Source of the DNA: Candidatus Melainabacteria bacterium 17Bon1m
GTDB taxonomy: Bacteria > Cyanobacteriota > Vampirovibrionia > Obscuribacterales > Obscuribacteraceae
DNA: 64,000 bases
Direction of reading: 5' to 3'
Assembly (NCBI GenBank): GCA_032128875.1
Contig: JAVLKG010000003.1
Span: 728,974-792,973, forward strand
A program made the translations under genes and the position numbers. Positions 37,467 to 47,016 of the stretch are shown in pieces (the stretch's first letter is position 1; each line of letters opens with the position of its first letter). The notes under the pieces were generated by a model. That model was given only the letters and a program-made list of their open reading frames with translations, was not told where the DNA came from and did not search any database.

Positions 37467-38189
37467 ATGGGATTCGAAGTATCCAACCTCAAAGAAAACT
37501 CGTTTTACGCGCTCGACACCCTAAAAGAATCTTGGGTTTTGACGGTTAAACAGTTTTTTCCGCTCTTCATCGGCTGGTTTTTGACCCTGGGCGGTCCGGT
37601 TTTGCTGACTTGCATACTTTCTGCGGCTGGCTGGGGAGTTGATAAATTCATCCTCGGCTTTCCGAAGGGCGGACCGTTTGCGCTTGTGGGATTGCTGGTC
37701 GGTGTTTTGACCATCGGTGGATTTTGGGCAGGCTGGGCAAAAATCGCTCTCAAGATTACCCGCAACATCCCAACCAAGATGAGCGATGTCCTTTGCTCAC
37801 CTGGACAAATGCTTGCAGGATTGATCGCGCTTTCGCTTTCCACAATCGCTATTGGTCTTACAGGTTGGCTGGTCATTCCTGCAGCTCTTCTCTTCCTGAA
37901 GTGGCAACTGACTCCATATTTCATCGTTGATCAAAACTGCGGTCCAATCGAAGCTTTGAGAAAAAGTTGGCATGCAACCAGTGATGGAATTTTTATTCCG
38001 CTTGCCGTGCTCGATTTGATTTTCTTTGGGCTGAGCACCGCCAGTAGTGCTTTGTTTGTTGGGCCGATCATCTGTCACATGGCGCTCGCCGTCGCATCAG
38101 CCATCGTTTACGCCCGCTGGCTGACTGATGAAGAAGCTCCATTCAACAGAGCCGATTTGCTCGAAGAACACCATGAAGTGGTACGGTAA
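37467..38189 (+). CDS. Integral membrane protein (DUF975/YciC-like)
   Basis: Multiple TM helices; PYFIVDQNCGPIEALRKSWHAT motif; AGGAG RBS. Confidence 0.8.
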   Translation: MGFEVSNLKENSFYALDTLKESWVLTVKQFFPLFIGWFLTLGGPVLLTCILSAAGWGVDKFILGFPKGGPFALVGLLVGVLTIGGFWAGWAKIALKITRNIPTKMSDVLCSPGQMLAGLIALSLSTIAIGLTGWLVIPAALLFLKWQLTPYFIVDQNCGPIEALRKSWHATSDGIFIPLAVLDLIFFGLSTASSALFVGPIICHMALAVASAIVYARWLTDEEAPFNRADLLEEHHEVVR

Positions 38190-38195
38190 TCGACC

Positions 38196-38738
38196 TTGAA
38201 TAGGGAAGCACGCGCCGAACGAATCAGGATTTTTTCGGAGAAGATCGAAGCTTTACGAAGTGAAGCGAAAGCAGCTTGGGAGATGGGGGACGACAGTAAA
38301 GCGAGCCGACTTCTGGTCTCTACATGGGAGTTTCAAAAGAGAGTGGCGAAGCTGCAATGTGTTGTGCCGCCGACAGAGCCGGAGAATGCGGCATTCCTTT
38401 TCAAAGGACCTTTGGCTCAAAAGAAGATTGACGCCGCGAAGAATGAGGCTCTGGCTTGGAGAAATCGTGCCCTAATGGCACGCAAGCAAAGTGATGAAGG
38501 ACTCGTAAATCAGGCGCTCGGATACATGTGGAGGTTTCAGACTCAAGTAGCCAAAATGCAAGGGAAAGAACCTCCGGACAGACCCGCCGACATTCCTCTC
38601 TCTTTGTTCGACGAGGATGACTCTGACCCACCGTGGAGGCCTTACGATCCGTCAAGAGTTCCCAAAGTTCCGTTGCCGTCATCTGGTGCAGGTGAAGTAG
38701 CGCTGCCGCTTCCAGAAGAAGATTGGGATACGCAGTAA
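38196..38738 (+). CDS. Hypothetical protein with internal duplication resembling a PspA/IM30 helical segment
   Basis: Two similar ~40-aa units and a Pro-rich tail. Confidence 0.7.
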   Translation: MNREARAERIRIFSEKIEALRSEAKAAWEMGDDSKASRLLVSTWEFQKRVAKLQCVVPPTEPENAAFLFKGPLAQKKIDAAKNEALAWRNRALMARKQSDEGLVNQALGYMWRFQTQVAKMQGKEPPDRPADIPLSLFDEDDSDPPWRPYDPSRVPKVPLPSSGAGEVALPLPEEDWDTQ

Positions 38739-38777
38739 GATGGCTTTAGCGAGAAGAAGAGACGGCTTGACCACCGA

Positions 38778-39509
38778 TTAAAAAGGCGCGCTATCATAGC
38801 CATCAAAGTGATTTGATTCCCCGTTGAGAAACTTTTTGATGTTGTAGTTACGGTTATTTTGTGGTTTTTTGAAACCTCTGCCGAGTGGAAGCATCATTTC
38901 GGGTGACGCTTTAGCCTCTCGTATGCGCAATGGTCCGAGTGCTTTTTGCTGGTTGGCTTTGCCGGGATAGGGGTCTTCAAGAAACACATCTCTTGGAGTA
39001 AAGAAAAAGCGATATTCACGCTGTAAAGCTTGCTTCGTAGTTGTCTGTGGTGTTTCGTGATTGCAACTTAAATAAATTGCCTGGAAGACAGCGGCATTGA
39101 ATGGCTTATCCTCGCTGAGATTCCGTACCACAAATCCAACGAGTCGATTTTCGTGGGTGACTCGATATTTAACTTCGCAGCATAGTTGATCAGAAAGATT
39201 TAGACCTGTTGTAGTCTGTTTAAGCTTTGACCTAAGAATATTCATCATCGCGATTGATTCGTATGTTGATGGCGTGATCACGTCTATTGGCGATGATTCG
39301 AACTGATAACGTGTTACACGTTGCTCATTGTAGGTTGCAGGCGGTGGATCACAAAAACACGGATATCTGTCCTTCGGGATTTTTTGTGCCCAAGCCGGTT
39401 CGACTGAGTCGAGCTGATCAAAGGCCTTAAACTCTTTGGCGCAGGCCTCGGTTGAGCACAATTGTATGTGTATTAGGAATAGAACGGACAATTTGCTTTG
39501 TAAGTTCAT
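38778..39509 (-). CDS. Hypothetical exported protein, possible TonB-C-like domain
   Basis: Signal-like N-terminus; CEVKYRVT..S.DKPFNAAVFQAI pattern. Confidence 0.6.
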   Translation of the reverse strand: MNLQSKLSVLFLIHIQLCSTEACAKEFKAFDQLDSVEPAWAQKIPKDRYPCFCDPPPATYNEQRVTRYQFESSPIDVITPSTYESIAMMNILRSKLKQTTTGLNLSDQLCCEVKYRVTHENRLVGFVVRNLSEDKPFNAAVFQAIYLSCNHETPQTTTKQALQREYRFFFTPRDVFLEDPYPGKANQQKALGPLRIREAKASPEMMLPLGRGFKKPQNNRNYNIKKFLNGESNHFDGYDSAPF

Positions 39510-39513
39510 TGAC

Positions 39514-40059
39514 TCACTCGCTTTTTACTGGTCCAGTGTAGTTTGTTGGATCGATGTCGTCGGTGCCTAAAGGTTCTCCCGGCATAGGATTTCGCCAATC
39601 AAATTTGTAGTGAGTGATTTTTTTGATGTGCGTCTTGGTCGAACCTTCGGGAAACTTGGTGAAACTACTTCGTTGCATGGAATCTGCCGCAGATCTGACG
39701 ATGCTTCTGAAAACCTCTGACTGAGGTCCATCAATTTGAAGAACTAAAATTCGTCCATCATCTTGGATTCGCCAGTGCACCTTGCAGTAAAAACTTCGTT
39801 CCACATCCCGCGGACCAAGACGAAGTAAGTCTTGCTTGATTCGATTGAACAATTCATCGGCTATTGCTTTATTCCAGGCCTTCCATGCGGCTGTTTCCGA
39901 TTCTTTCCCCGCTGATTGCGCTGCGTTTGTCTCCGGAGTTGGAACTGCGCCGTTCGCGAGCAGTTGTGCTTTAGCGCTCGTTATCGGCGGCTGCACCAAT
40001 AAGAAAAGCAAAACAATGGCGTAGCAGCTATTCCTCATTTGTTGCCTTTTTTCTTCCAC
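39514..40059 (-). CDS. Exported protein with TonB/TolA C-terminal-like domain
   Basis: Signal peptide; paralogous to 40035..40550. Confidence 0.65.
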   Translation of the reverse strand: MEEKRQQMRNSCYAIVLLFLLVQPPITSAKAQLLANGAVPTPETNAAQSAGKESETAAWKAWNKAIADELFNRIKQDLLRLGPRDVERSFYCKVHWRIQDDGRILVLQIDGPQSEVFRSIVRSAADSMQRSSFTKFPEGSTKTHIKKITHYKFDWRNPMPGEPLGTDDIDPTNYTGPVKSE

Positions 40060-40550
40060 TGCGGTTTGTACATGGTGGCATCAAAATCACCAAATCGCGT
40101 CCATTGTGTTTGCAATCCAACCCCAAATTCAGAGATTTTTTCAACATATTCTCTGGTTGATCCGCTTGGAAATTTTACCAGGGGAATAAACTTCATGGAA
40201 TCAACTGCGATCCTTACTGCTTCTTGGACTAATAATGACTCTGTGTCTTTAATCTCCTTTAGAGAAACATTTCCGTCTTTGCAAACACACCAAATCACTT
40301 TGACATGAAAATGGCTCTCTTCCTTTGATCTGCCGAGTTTCGACACTTCCAATTTGATTCTGGTGAAGAGCTCTTCGGCTAGACTTTTATGCCATTCATC
40401 CCAGATTTCTTTGCTTGGTTCAGTTGAATTCGCAGCAGGCCGATCTGTGGTCGATGTAATTTCATCTGCAAATACTGCGAGACATTGCATTTGCAACGCA
40501 GAAAACGACAGAAGAATTGCTGTATCCAGAATCCATAGCTTCATACGCAA
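40035..40550 (-). CDS. Exported protein with TonB/TolA C-terminal-like domain
   Basis: Signal peptide; shares W..W....A.ELF.RIK, F..KV.W...DG and KFP.GST with its neighbour. Confidence 0.65.
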   Translation of the reverse strand: MRMKLWILDTAILLSFSALQMQCLAVFADEITSTTDRPAANSTEPSKEIWDEWHKSLAEELFTRIKLEVSKLGRSKEESHFHVKVIWCVCKDGNVSLKEIKDTESLLVQEAVRIAVDSMKFIPLVKFPSGSTREYVEKISEFGVGLQTQWTRFGDFDATMYKPQWKKKGNK

Positions 40551-40589
40551 CTAGACCTCACTCCCATTATAGGCTGTGTGTCTCAATCA

Positions 40590-41603
40590 CTAAAGTTTTG
40601 TACCGCTGAGCCCCGCTACTACGTAGTTAATCGCCAGCGCTTGGCGAAGGCTAATACCGATCGCCGGGGCGGCGTCTGGTAGTTCGTCAACCTTCACGCC
40701 TTGTCCACGATCGAAGTGAGCCATCATGTGCATGACGTATCCGCGACCGAATGGAAACACAACTGCGAGCGCCCCGAGTTTGTCTGGGTCTTCTTGCGCT
40801 AATGCATCACTTACGGCTAAAACTTTGACTTTCTCTTTGTTGAAAATTCGAATCAAGTGACAATGAATATCCATCTTCCAGGCACCATTGGTGACGGCAT
40901 ATCGATACAGTGCAGCATGTTTTCCAACCAATGATGCTTCGTACATTCTTTGTTGATTTGTCGCACCGTTCCATGCGATGAAACCTGGGAATACGTGTTG
41001 GTTTAAGCGATCGATCATCCAGTCAGTGGTTAGTAAATAACCACCTCGGATTACAAAATCTCGAATTTTAATTCCACCGTTCCAAGATAGATTGTTTGGT
41101 CCACAGTCGATGATCACTACTTGCGCTGCGCTCAAATCATAAGAGTCGAAAGCCTTCTTGTTCATGATTTTGTATGGCACACCTAGATTGTCTAGTGTGC
41201 GTTCTGCTTGATCGTATTTGTCGGAAATGACGACTAGTCGTTCCGATTCCATAGCGCTGGTTTGCAGACTAAATTGCGGATGTGTTTGTTCTAGCCAACC
41301 TCGATAGGTTTTCGCCGGCGCCATGCTTGCACGACCTGGTAATGCCATTCGTGGTGTTTCAATTGGACCGTCAAATTGTGCACGACCTTGCAACGGAACA
41401 CGAACTGTTGAAGGCGGATTAGGAAAAAGAGATTCGATGGGAACTGGTGCTTCACTCGGATTCGGCAACGGTTGAAGTGTTGGAACTTCGTTTGTTTGCG
41501 CGATTACTGCATCAATGAAAACGCAATTGCAAATCGTTGCTGTGGCAAGAATGAAACTTGACCAGAGCTTTCTTGAAATTTGTTTGTCGCGAGTTAAATA
41601 CAT
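40590..41603 (-). CDS. Exported protein, possible class I glutamine amidotransferase-like fold
   Basis: Signal peptide, Pro-rich linker, then VVIIDCG..IRDFVIRGGYLLTTDW..FGRGYVMH. Confidence 0.65.
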   Translation of the reverse strand: MYLTRDKQISRKLWSSFILATATICNCVFIDAVIAQTNEVPTLQPLPNPSEAPVPIESLFPNPPSTVRVPLQGRAQFDGPIETPRMALPGRASMAPAKTYRGWLEQTHPQFSLQTSAMESERLVVISDKYDQAERTLDNLGVPYKIMNKKAFDSYDLSAAQVVIIDCGPNNLSWNGGIKIRDFVIRGGYLLTTDWMIDRLNQHVFPGFIAWNGATNQQRMYEASLVGKHAALYRYAVTNGAWKMDIHCHLIRIFNKEKVKVLAVSDALAQEDPDKLGALAVVFPFGRGYVMHMMAHFDRGQGVKVDELPDAAPAIGISLRQALAINYVVAGLSGTKL

Positions 41604-41907
41604 GATCTCTATTATATTCTCCGCGCGCGTGTGCGAGAAACGCGAACTACAAAACTATTTGAAAATCACAACCATTGCTGTTCATTTGTGCACCGCATTT
41701 GATTCACATTTGCAAAAACACACTTGCGCATTTTCGGGCGACTCGTATAATGGTTTTACCGGTGCCGATCTTGGCGCCGATTTTTTAATCTAACAAGTTT
41801 AGGTGGATAAATGATGCGATTCCTCATCCAAATCAAGAAAGCTCGTAAGGCACTGCCTGCGACAGTTTTGCGTTTTGGACATGAGGTCATTTCAGGTAAT
41901 TATGCTG

Positions 41908-43743
41908 ATGAAAAATCCTATCGTTTATCTCCTATGGACCGGCTGGGCTTACGCCGGTAAATATCGCTCTGTAATTGTTCTCTACACCGTGATGTTCGCC
42001 TGCGCTCAGGCGATGATGCTTGCCGAGCCTTATATCATCGGCAAACTCATCAACTGCATACAGGCTGGTGTGACAGGTGTTGCAGCGGGACAAGTTCCAC
42101 GTGATCACCTAATGGATCAGGTGAAATGGTATTTGCTCATCTACTTCGTCACGCAAGTCGGGTTCTGGGTTTTCCACGGACCAGGCAGATTGCTCGAGCG
42201 GTTTGTGGCGTTCAACATGAAAGCGGCATACAAAGGCAAGTTGTTCTCGACTTTGACCAAGCTGCCGTTGAAGTGGCACAGAGAGCACCATTCCGGTGAC
42301 AGTATCGACAAGGTGAATAGAGCGTCGAACTCGTTGTTCGAGTTTTACGACACCTCTTTCGAGATCGCCTATATGTTCTTCAGGCTTATAGGCAGCATGA
42401 TCGTGCTTTGCGTGTTCATGCCGGAAGCAGGACTGATCGCAACTGTCGTGACGTCACTTGCAGTAGCTGTGATATTTGGCTTTGACAGAGTTCTTGTCAA
42501 AAACTACAGCACGCTCAACCGGTTCGAAAACTCCACTGCATCTGCGGTGCACGACTATGTCACCAATATCATCAGCGTCATCACGTTGAGGTTGGAACAT
42601 CGAGTGCATGGCGAAGTGAAGCGGAGAATGCTCTTGCCGTTGTCGCTGTTCAAATCGAACAACGCCGTCAATGAGATCAAGTGGTGCATCACAACTGTGC
42701 TCATCGCATCGATGATCGTGACGGTGTTGGGCTGGTACACAGCATCTACGGTTGGTGCCGGTAAAACCATCGAAGGCGGAACCTTCTTCACTCTCTTCGA
42801 ATACTTGAGGAGAATCGGAGATTCGTTCTATCAATTCGCTTGGATCTACGGAACTGTCGTGAGACAGGCCGCCGACGTGAAGAGCGCCGAGCCAATCGCA
42901 AACGGATTGAGTTCGCCGGATGCCGGTGAAGAAGAGCAATTCCACTTACCTAAGCAATGGGATGTGCTTGAGGTCAAGAATCTCAACTTCACCTATGAAG
43001 ACGACAAACACAGAAAACATCATCTCAAAGACATCAACTTGACCTTGAAGAAGGGATTGGCGGTGGCATTTGTAGGTGAGAGCGGCAGCGGTAAGAGCAC
43101 ATTGCTCAACCTCCTCAGAGGAACGCAAACCGCGCACTGTGCCGACGTTTTCGCTGACGGTGTTCAATTGCCTGGTGGCTTGAAGCACGTAGCTGATGCC
43201 ACCACTTTGATGCCGCAAGATCCGGAAATCTTTTCGGACACGATCGGATTCAACCTCACCTTCGGGCTTGAAGTTGATGAAGAAGAAATCCGCGAAGCTA
43301 TACGGATGGCGAGGTTCGAGCCTGTGCTCAAACGGTTGCCGAACGGACTGGAGACGAGCATTGCCGAAAAGGGTGTCAACCTTAGCGGCGGTGAGAAGCA
43401 GAGATTGGCACTCGCGAGAGGAATATTCTTCGCGAGAGACAGCGAGGTAATCTTGCTGGATGAGCCGACCTCCAGCGTCGACCCACAAAATGAAAGGGTA
43501 ATTTACGCCAACATACTTGAGGCGTTCTCTGACAGATGTGTGGTTTCGTCCTTGCACAAACTTCACCTGCTCGATATGTTCGACGTGGTCTACGTTTTCC
43601 ACAACGGTGAAATCGTTGAATATGGCGAAGTGAATGAAGTGCTTGCGCAGAACGGAAGACTATCGGAGCTGTTCAACAGCTACGAAGGTGCAACCGAGAT
43701 GACGCCGCTGATGGCAGCACAACAAGCGGCAATCGCCGGATAA
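41908..43743 (+). CDS. ABC exporter, fused TMD-NBD half transporter
   Basis: TM domain; Walker A GESGSGKST, signature LSGGE, Walker B ILLDE. Start lies between 41875 and 41908. Confidence 0.95.
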   Translation: MKNPIVYLLWTGWAYAGKYRSVIVLYTVMFACAQAMMLAEPYIIGKLINCIQAGVTGVAAGQVPRDHLMDQVKWYLLIYFVTQVGFWVFHGPGRLLERFVAFNMKAAYKGKLFSTLTKLPLKWHREHHSGDSIDKVNRASNSLFEFYDTSFEIAYMFFRLIGSMIVLCVFMPEAGLIATVVTSLAVAVIFGFDRVLVKNYSTLNRFENSTASAVHDYVTNIISVITLRLEHRVHGEVKRRMLLPLSLFKSNNAVNEIKWCITTVLIASMIVTVLGWYTASTVGAGKTIEGGTFFTLFEYLRRIGDSFYQFAWIYGTVVRQAADVKSAEPIANGLSSPDAGEEEQFHLPKQWDVLEVKNLNFTYEDDKHRKHHLKDINLTLKKGLAVAFVGESGSGKSTLLNLLRGTQTAHCADVFADGVQLPGGLKHVADATTLMPQDPEIFSDTIGFNLTFGLEVDEEEIREAIRMARFEPVLKRLPNGLETSIAEKGVNLSGGEKQRLALARGIFFARDSEVILLDEPTSSVDPQNERVIYANILEAFSDRCVVSSLHKLHLLDMFDVVYVFHNGEIVEYGEVNEVLAQNGRLSELFNSYEGATEMTPLMAAQQAAIAG

Positions 43744-43749
43744 ATCAGG

Positions 43750-43776
43750 GGCGGGCTTCTATGGAAGCCTGCCTTT
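43750..43776 (+). terminator. Intrinsic terminator
   Basis: GGCGGGCTTC-TATG-GAAGCCTGCC-TTT immediately after the ABC stop. Confidence 0.75.
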
Positions 43777-43938
43777 CGATTGTTTCGTTCCGTCACGGAC
43801 CGGTCACGTGAATTTGATTTGATAAAGATGTGCAATCGGCCCCGGGTTGCGTATTACCCGCACGAAGATTCACGACGTGCTCACGCAGTTGTCTGTTTAC
43901 TTGAGTCAGACTTTCTGAACAGATTTTGAAAAGATTCT

Positions 43939-45423
43939 ATGTATAAATTCGACGAGCCTAGTCATTTAGAGAGCGCCAAATTCTCGAGTAGCAGCAGAGA
44001 TTTAGCCGTACCAGTTGAATCCGCGGATGTGACTTGGCTTGGTTCTGACGTTTTTTCCGCGCCGGGGCAGGACAAGGTTTCATCCGTTGTTTCGGACGCG
44101 TGGGAAAAGAAGGCTGCGTTAGATAACAGTGTTGCACCAGCTGCACCGAAAGAAGCAAATTCACTTGGTTCAGTGGCAAGATCGGCTGTGCAGACTGCAA
44201 TCAACAATCCACTGGAAACGAGTGGAACAGCCCTTTTGGCCTTGCTTGCGCTGAGATTTAAGGCACCTGTCGTGGAGGAAATGGCTCAGGCTGCGGCTGG
44301 GCTTGGGAAAACTGTGGCGCGGAGCGGTTCTGGTGTTCCCCTCGTAAGAGCCATTAGAGGATTGGCGGGAGAAACTTCGGCAATTGCTGATTCTACTTTT
44401 GTATCTCCGTGGGCTCGGGCAGCGACGAAAGAAGCTGGAGTTTTGGTTCCAGACGCGGGTGCAGTTGTCGCCAAAGGTGGAACTGTTGTTTCTGACGCTG
44501 GTACCGTGGTTGCAAAAGGCGGAGCTGCTGCAGATGAAGCAGCTGTTGTAGCGAAGGAAGTAAAACCGCCGTCTCCGCCCGATGCGCTAACCGATAAGGT
44601 GCCCGATTTTTCCGGACTGAGGTTCGACAGATTTGCGCCGAAGAAGCTCTCTCTCGATACAGCTGCTATTCCGATCATTACGGTTGATGCGTTCAAAATG
44701 GGGCAACCGTTTACGCGAGAAGCATTTAAGATAGTTCCGAAGGCTTCGGCGGAAGCCAATCTTTACCAGGGTGCGAAAGACGCTACTGTTAGAGTCTGGA
44801 GTCAAGATGGCGTAGGGTCGGGCTTCTTCGTCGACTCAAATCATATTGCTACTGCCAATCATGTGCTCAATGGTAGAACCGGGCGCGTAACTGTCGAGTT
44901 GGCGACCGGTAAGGCTGTACCGGCGCGTGTAGTGGCGAGAGAAGCACATGCTGACTGGGCGCTGCTTAGAGTTGAAGAACCGTTGAGGCACGCAAAACCG
45001 TTTGAATTTGCGCCTGCGCGCGAGGTTAAAACAGGGATGCACGGTTACTTGGTAGGGCATCCGCACGGAACAGTCGAGAAGGTTATGACCAAAGGTCGAA
45101 TTTCTCAAATGGCTGTCGATTCCAAATTAATGCTAGGCACAATCAACCATACTGCAGAATCGGTTACCGGCATGTCTGGCGCCCCACTCTTGCTAGAAAA
45201 CCGCAAGGTGTTGGGTATTCTTCGCTCTGGACCAGCCACCGGCGGGACTGCCTTTGCCGGTGAAGCTGTGCATATCCGGCATCTTAGACCTGCTCTTGAT
45301 TATGTAAGGAAGGTGGAGAATCCCAATGGTGTTGACTGGCACACCTATGCTCAGATGAGCACAAATGCGCGCGGTATCCCCAAGATTTCAATTTCCGGTC
45401 GGCGTGAGATCGGTCAAGTTTAA
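43939..45423 (+). CDS. Trypsin-like serine protease with long Ala-rich N-terminal region
   Basis: GSGFFV, TANHV (His), DWALL (Asp) and GMSGAPL (Ser). Confidence 0.87.
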   Translation: MYKFDEPSHLESAKFSSSSRDLAVPVESADVTWLGSDVFSAPGQDKVSSVVSDAWEKKAALDNSVAPAAPKEANSLGSVARSAVQTAINNPLETSGTALLALLALRFKAPVVEEMAQAAAGLGKTVARSGSGVPLVRAIRGLAGETSAIADSTFVSPWARAATKEAGVLVPDAGAVVAKGGTVVSDAGTVVAKGGAAADEAAVVAKEVKPPSPPDALTDKVPDFSGLRFDRFAPKKLSLDTAAIPIITVDAFKMGQPFTREAFKIVPKASAEANLYQGAKDATVRVWSQDGVGSGFFVDSNHIATANHVLNGRTGRVTVELATGKAVPARVVAREAHADWALLRVEEPLRHAKPFEFAPAREVKTGMHGYLVGHPHGTVEKVMTKGRISQMAVDSKLMLGTINHTAESVTGMSGAPLLLENRKVLGILRSGPATGGTAFAGEAVHIRHLRPALDYVRKVENPNGVDWHTYAQMSTNARGIPKISISGRREIGQV

Positions 45424-45538
45424 GTTTGTAACCTGATGTGTGTTGAAGCGAAAGTCACTGGTGCCTTGGCGGCCAAGCTTTGTTTCTGTGGGCGATGATA
45501 AGGGTTCTTACTTGCCCGGCATCATATAGACTGGTTCC

Positions 45539-46840
45539 ATGGCGAACGCGGAAATCTTATCTATCGGAACCGAACTCCTTTTGGGCGAAGTTCTCGACAC
45601 CAATTCCAAATACTTCGCAACTGAGTTGGCGAAGTTGGGAATCGACTGCTATTACCGTGTCACGGTTGGCGATAACAAAGACCGCATCAAGGCGAGTTTA
45701 AAACAAGCCTTCGATCGCTCGGATATTGTTTTGACCTCTGGCGGTCTTGGTCCAACAGCAGATGATTTGACGACCGAATGCATCGCTGAGTTTTTCAAGC
45801 TGCCGATGATTATGGACGAGAAAGTGGTCGAAGAGATTGAGAAGCTCTTTGCTGAGCGCAATTTGAGCATGCCGGAGACGAATAAAAAACAAGCCATGCG
45901 ACCGCAGGGTTCGGGCGTGTTACCCAACCCAAGCGGCACTGCACCTGGGATTATGTGGGTCATTCCCGAGGATGTTCTAAAAAACGCCGGAGTTGCAGAC
46001 CCGTCAAGAAAGCGCGCAATCCTCACTTTTCCTGGGGTTCCGTCAGAGCTTGTTAATATGTGGAGCCAGTCTGGGGCTGATTTCATAGCGAAGAATTTTT
46101 TGACTGGTGCAATTTTCAGCATTGAGTTGAAACACTATGGAATCGGCGAATCAGCTCTGGCAGAGAAGTATGCGGACTTGCTCAATGGAACTTCGCCCAC
46201 GGTCGCACCTTATGCGGGAATGGGTGAGTGCCGATTGAGAGTGGCTGCAAAGGCGAGCACTGCTGAAGAAGCCCGTGCGCTTGTGATGCCGATTGCTGAG
46301 CTGATTCGTGCGGAGAGCGGTAAGCTTTGCTACGGGCAGGACGACGACACGCTTGAAGCTGTTGTTGGGCAGTTGCTTGCGCAAAATAGTCTCACCTTGT
46401 CAGTTGCAGAGTCCTGCACCGGCGGTTTGGTCAGCAAGCGGCTTACAGATATTGGCGGAAGCTCTGAATATATCAAGCTCAACGCTGTGACTTATGCCAA
46501 CGAAGCCAAAATGCAGCTTCTTGGAGTGTCGAAAGAACTGTTGGACCAGTACGGTGCCGTCAGTGACGAATGCGCCCGGGCTATGGCTGAGGGTATCGTG
46601 AAATTATCGGGCGCAGATATCGGCTTGAGTATCACCGGCATCGCTGGACCTACCGGCGGAACGCCTGATAAACCAGTCGGTACGGTCTACCTGGGGCTGT
46701 GCGCCAATGGTCAGGTAGATACAAAGAAATTGAGTCTGGGCACAAAGCTAAACCGCCAGGAGATTAGGTTTCGGACCTCGAGTGCGGCACTGAATATGGT
46801 GCGATTGCACCTCTTGGCGCGCACCCTGGTAGCTAAATAG
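45539..46840 (+). CDS. cinA: Competence/damage-inducible protein A (MoCF-biosynthesis-like domain plus PncC NMN deamidase)
   Basis: IGTELLLG, GGLGPTADDLT, PGVPSE, AESCTGG and TGIAGP.GG. Confidence 0.96.
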   Translation: MANAEILSIGTELLLGEVLDTNSKYFATELAKLGIDCYYRVTVGDNKDRIKASLKQAFDRSDIVLTSGGLGPTADDLTTECIAEFFKLPMIMDEKVVEEIEKLFAERNLSMPETNKKQAMRPQGSGVLPNPSGTAPGIMWVIPEDVLKNAGVADPSRKRAILTFPGVPSELVNMWSQSGADFIAKNFLTGAIFSIELKHYGIGESALAEKYADLLNGTSPTVAPYAGMGECRLRVAAKASTAEEARALVMPIAELIRAESGKLCYGQDDDTLEAVVGQLLAQNSLTLSVAESCTGGLVSKRLTDIGGSSEYIKLNAVTYANEAKMQLLGVSKELLDQYGAVSDECARAMAEGIVKLSGADIGLSITGIAGPTGGTPDKPVGTVYLGLCANGQVDTKKLSLGTKLNRQEIRFRTSSAALNMVRLHLLARTLVAK

Positions 46841-47016
46841 AGGTGTTGACAACATTGCGTTCTTGAGCTTGACCTGGAACTCCCGCAGGCGGTGCTATTC
46901 GGGTTGTTTAACTTAGTAGAGTTTTCTCTGTCTTTGAGATTGACTTTCTCCTCATAGGGAATAAATTTGGTGGTTAATCCCCGTGCTCCAATACTGGTGA
47001 GGAAGGCTGTTGCTTT

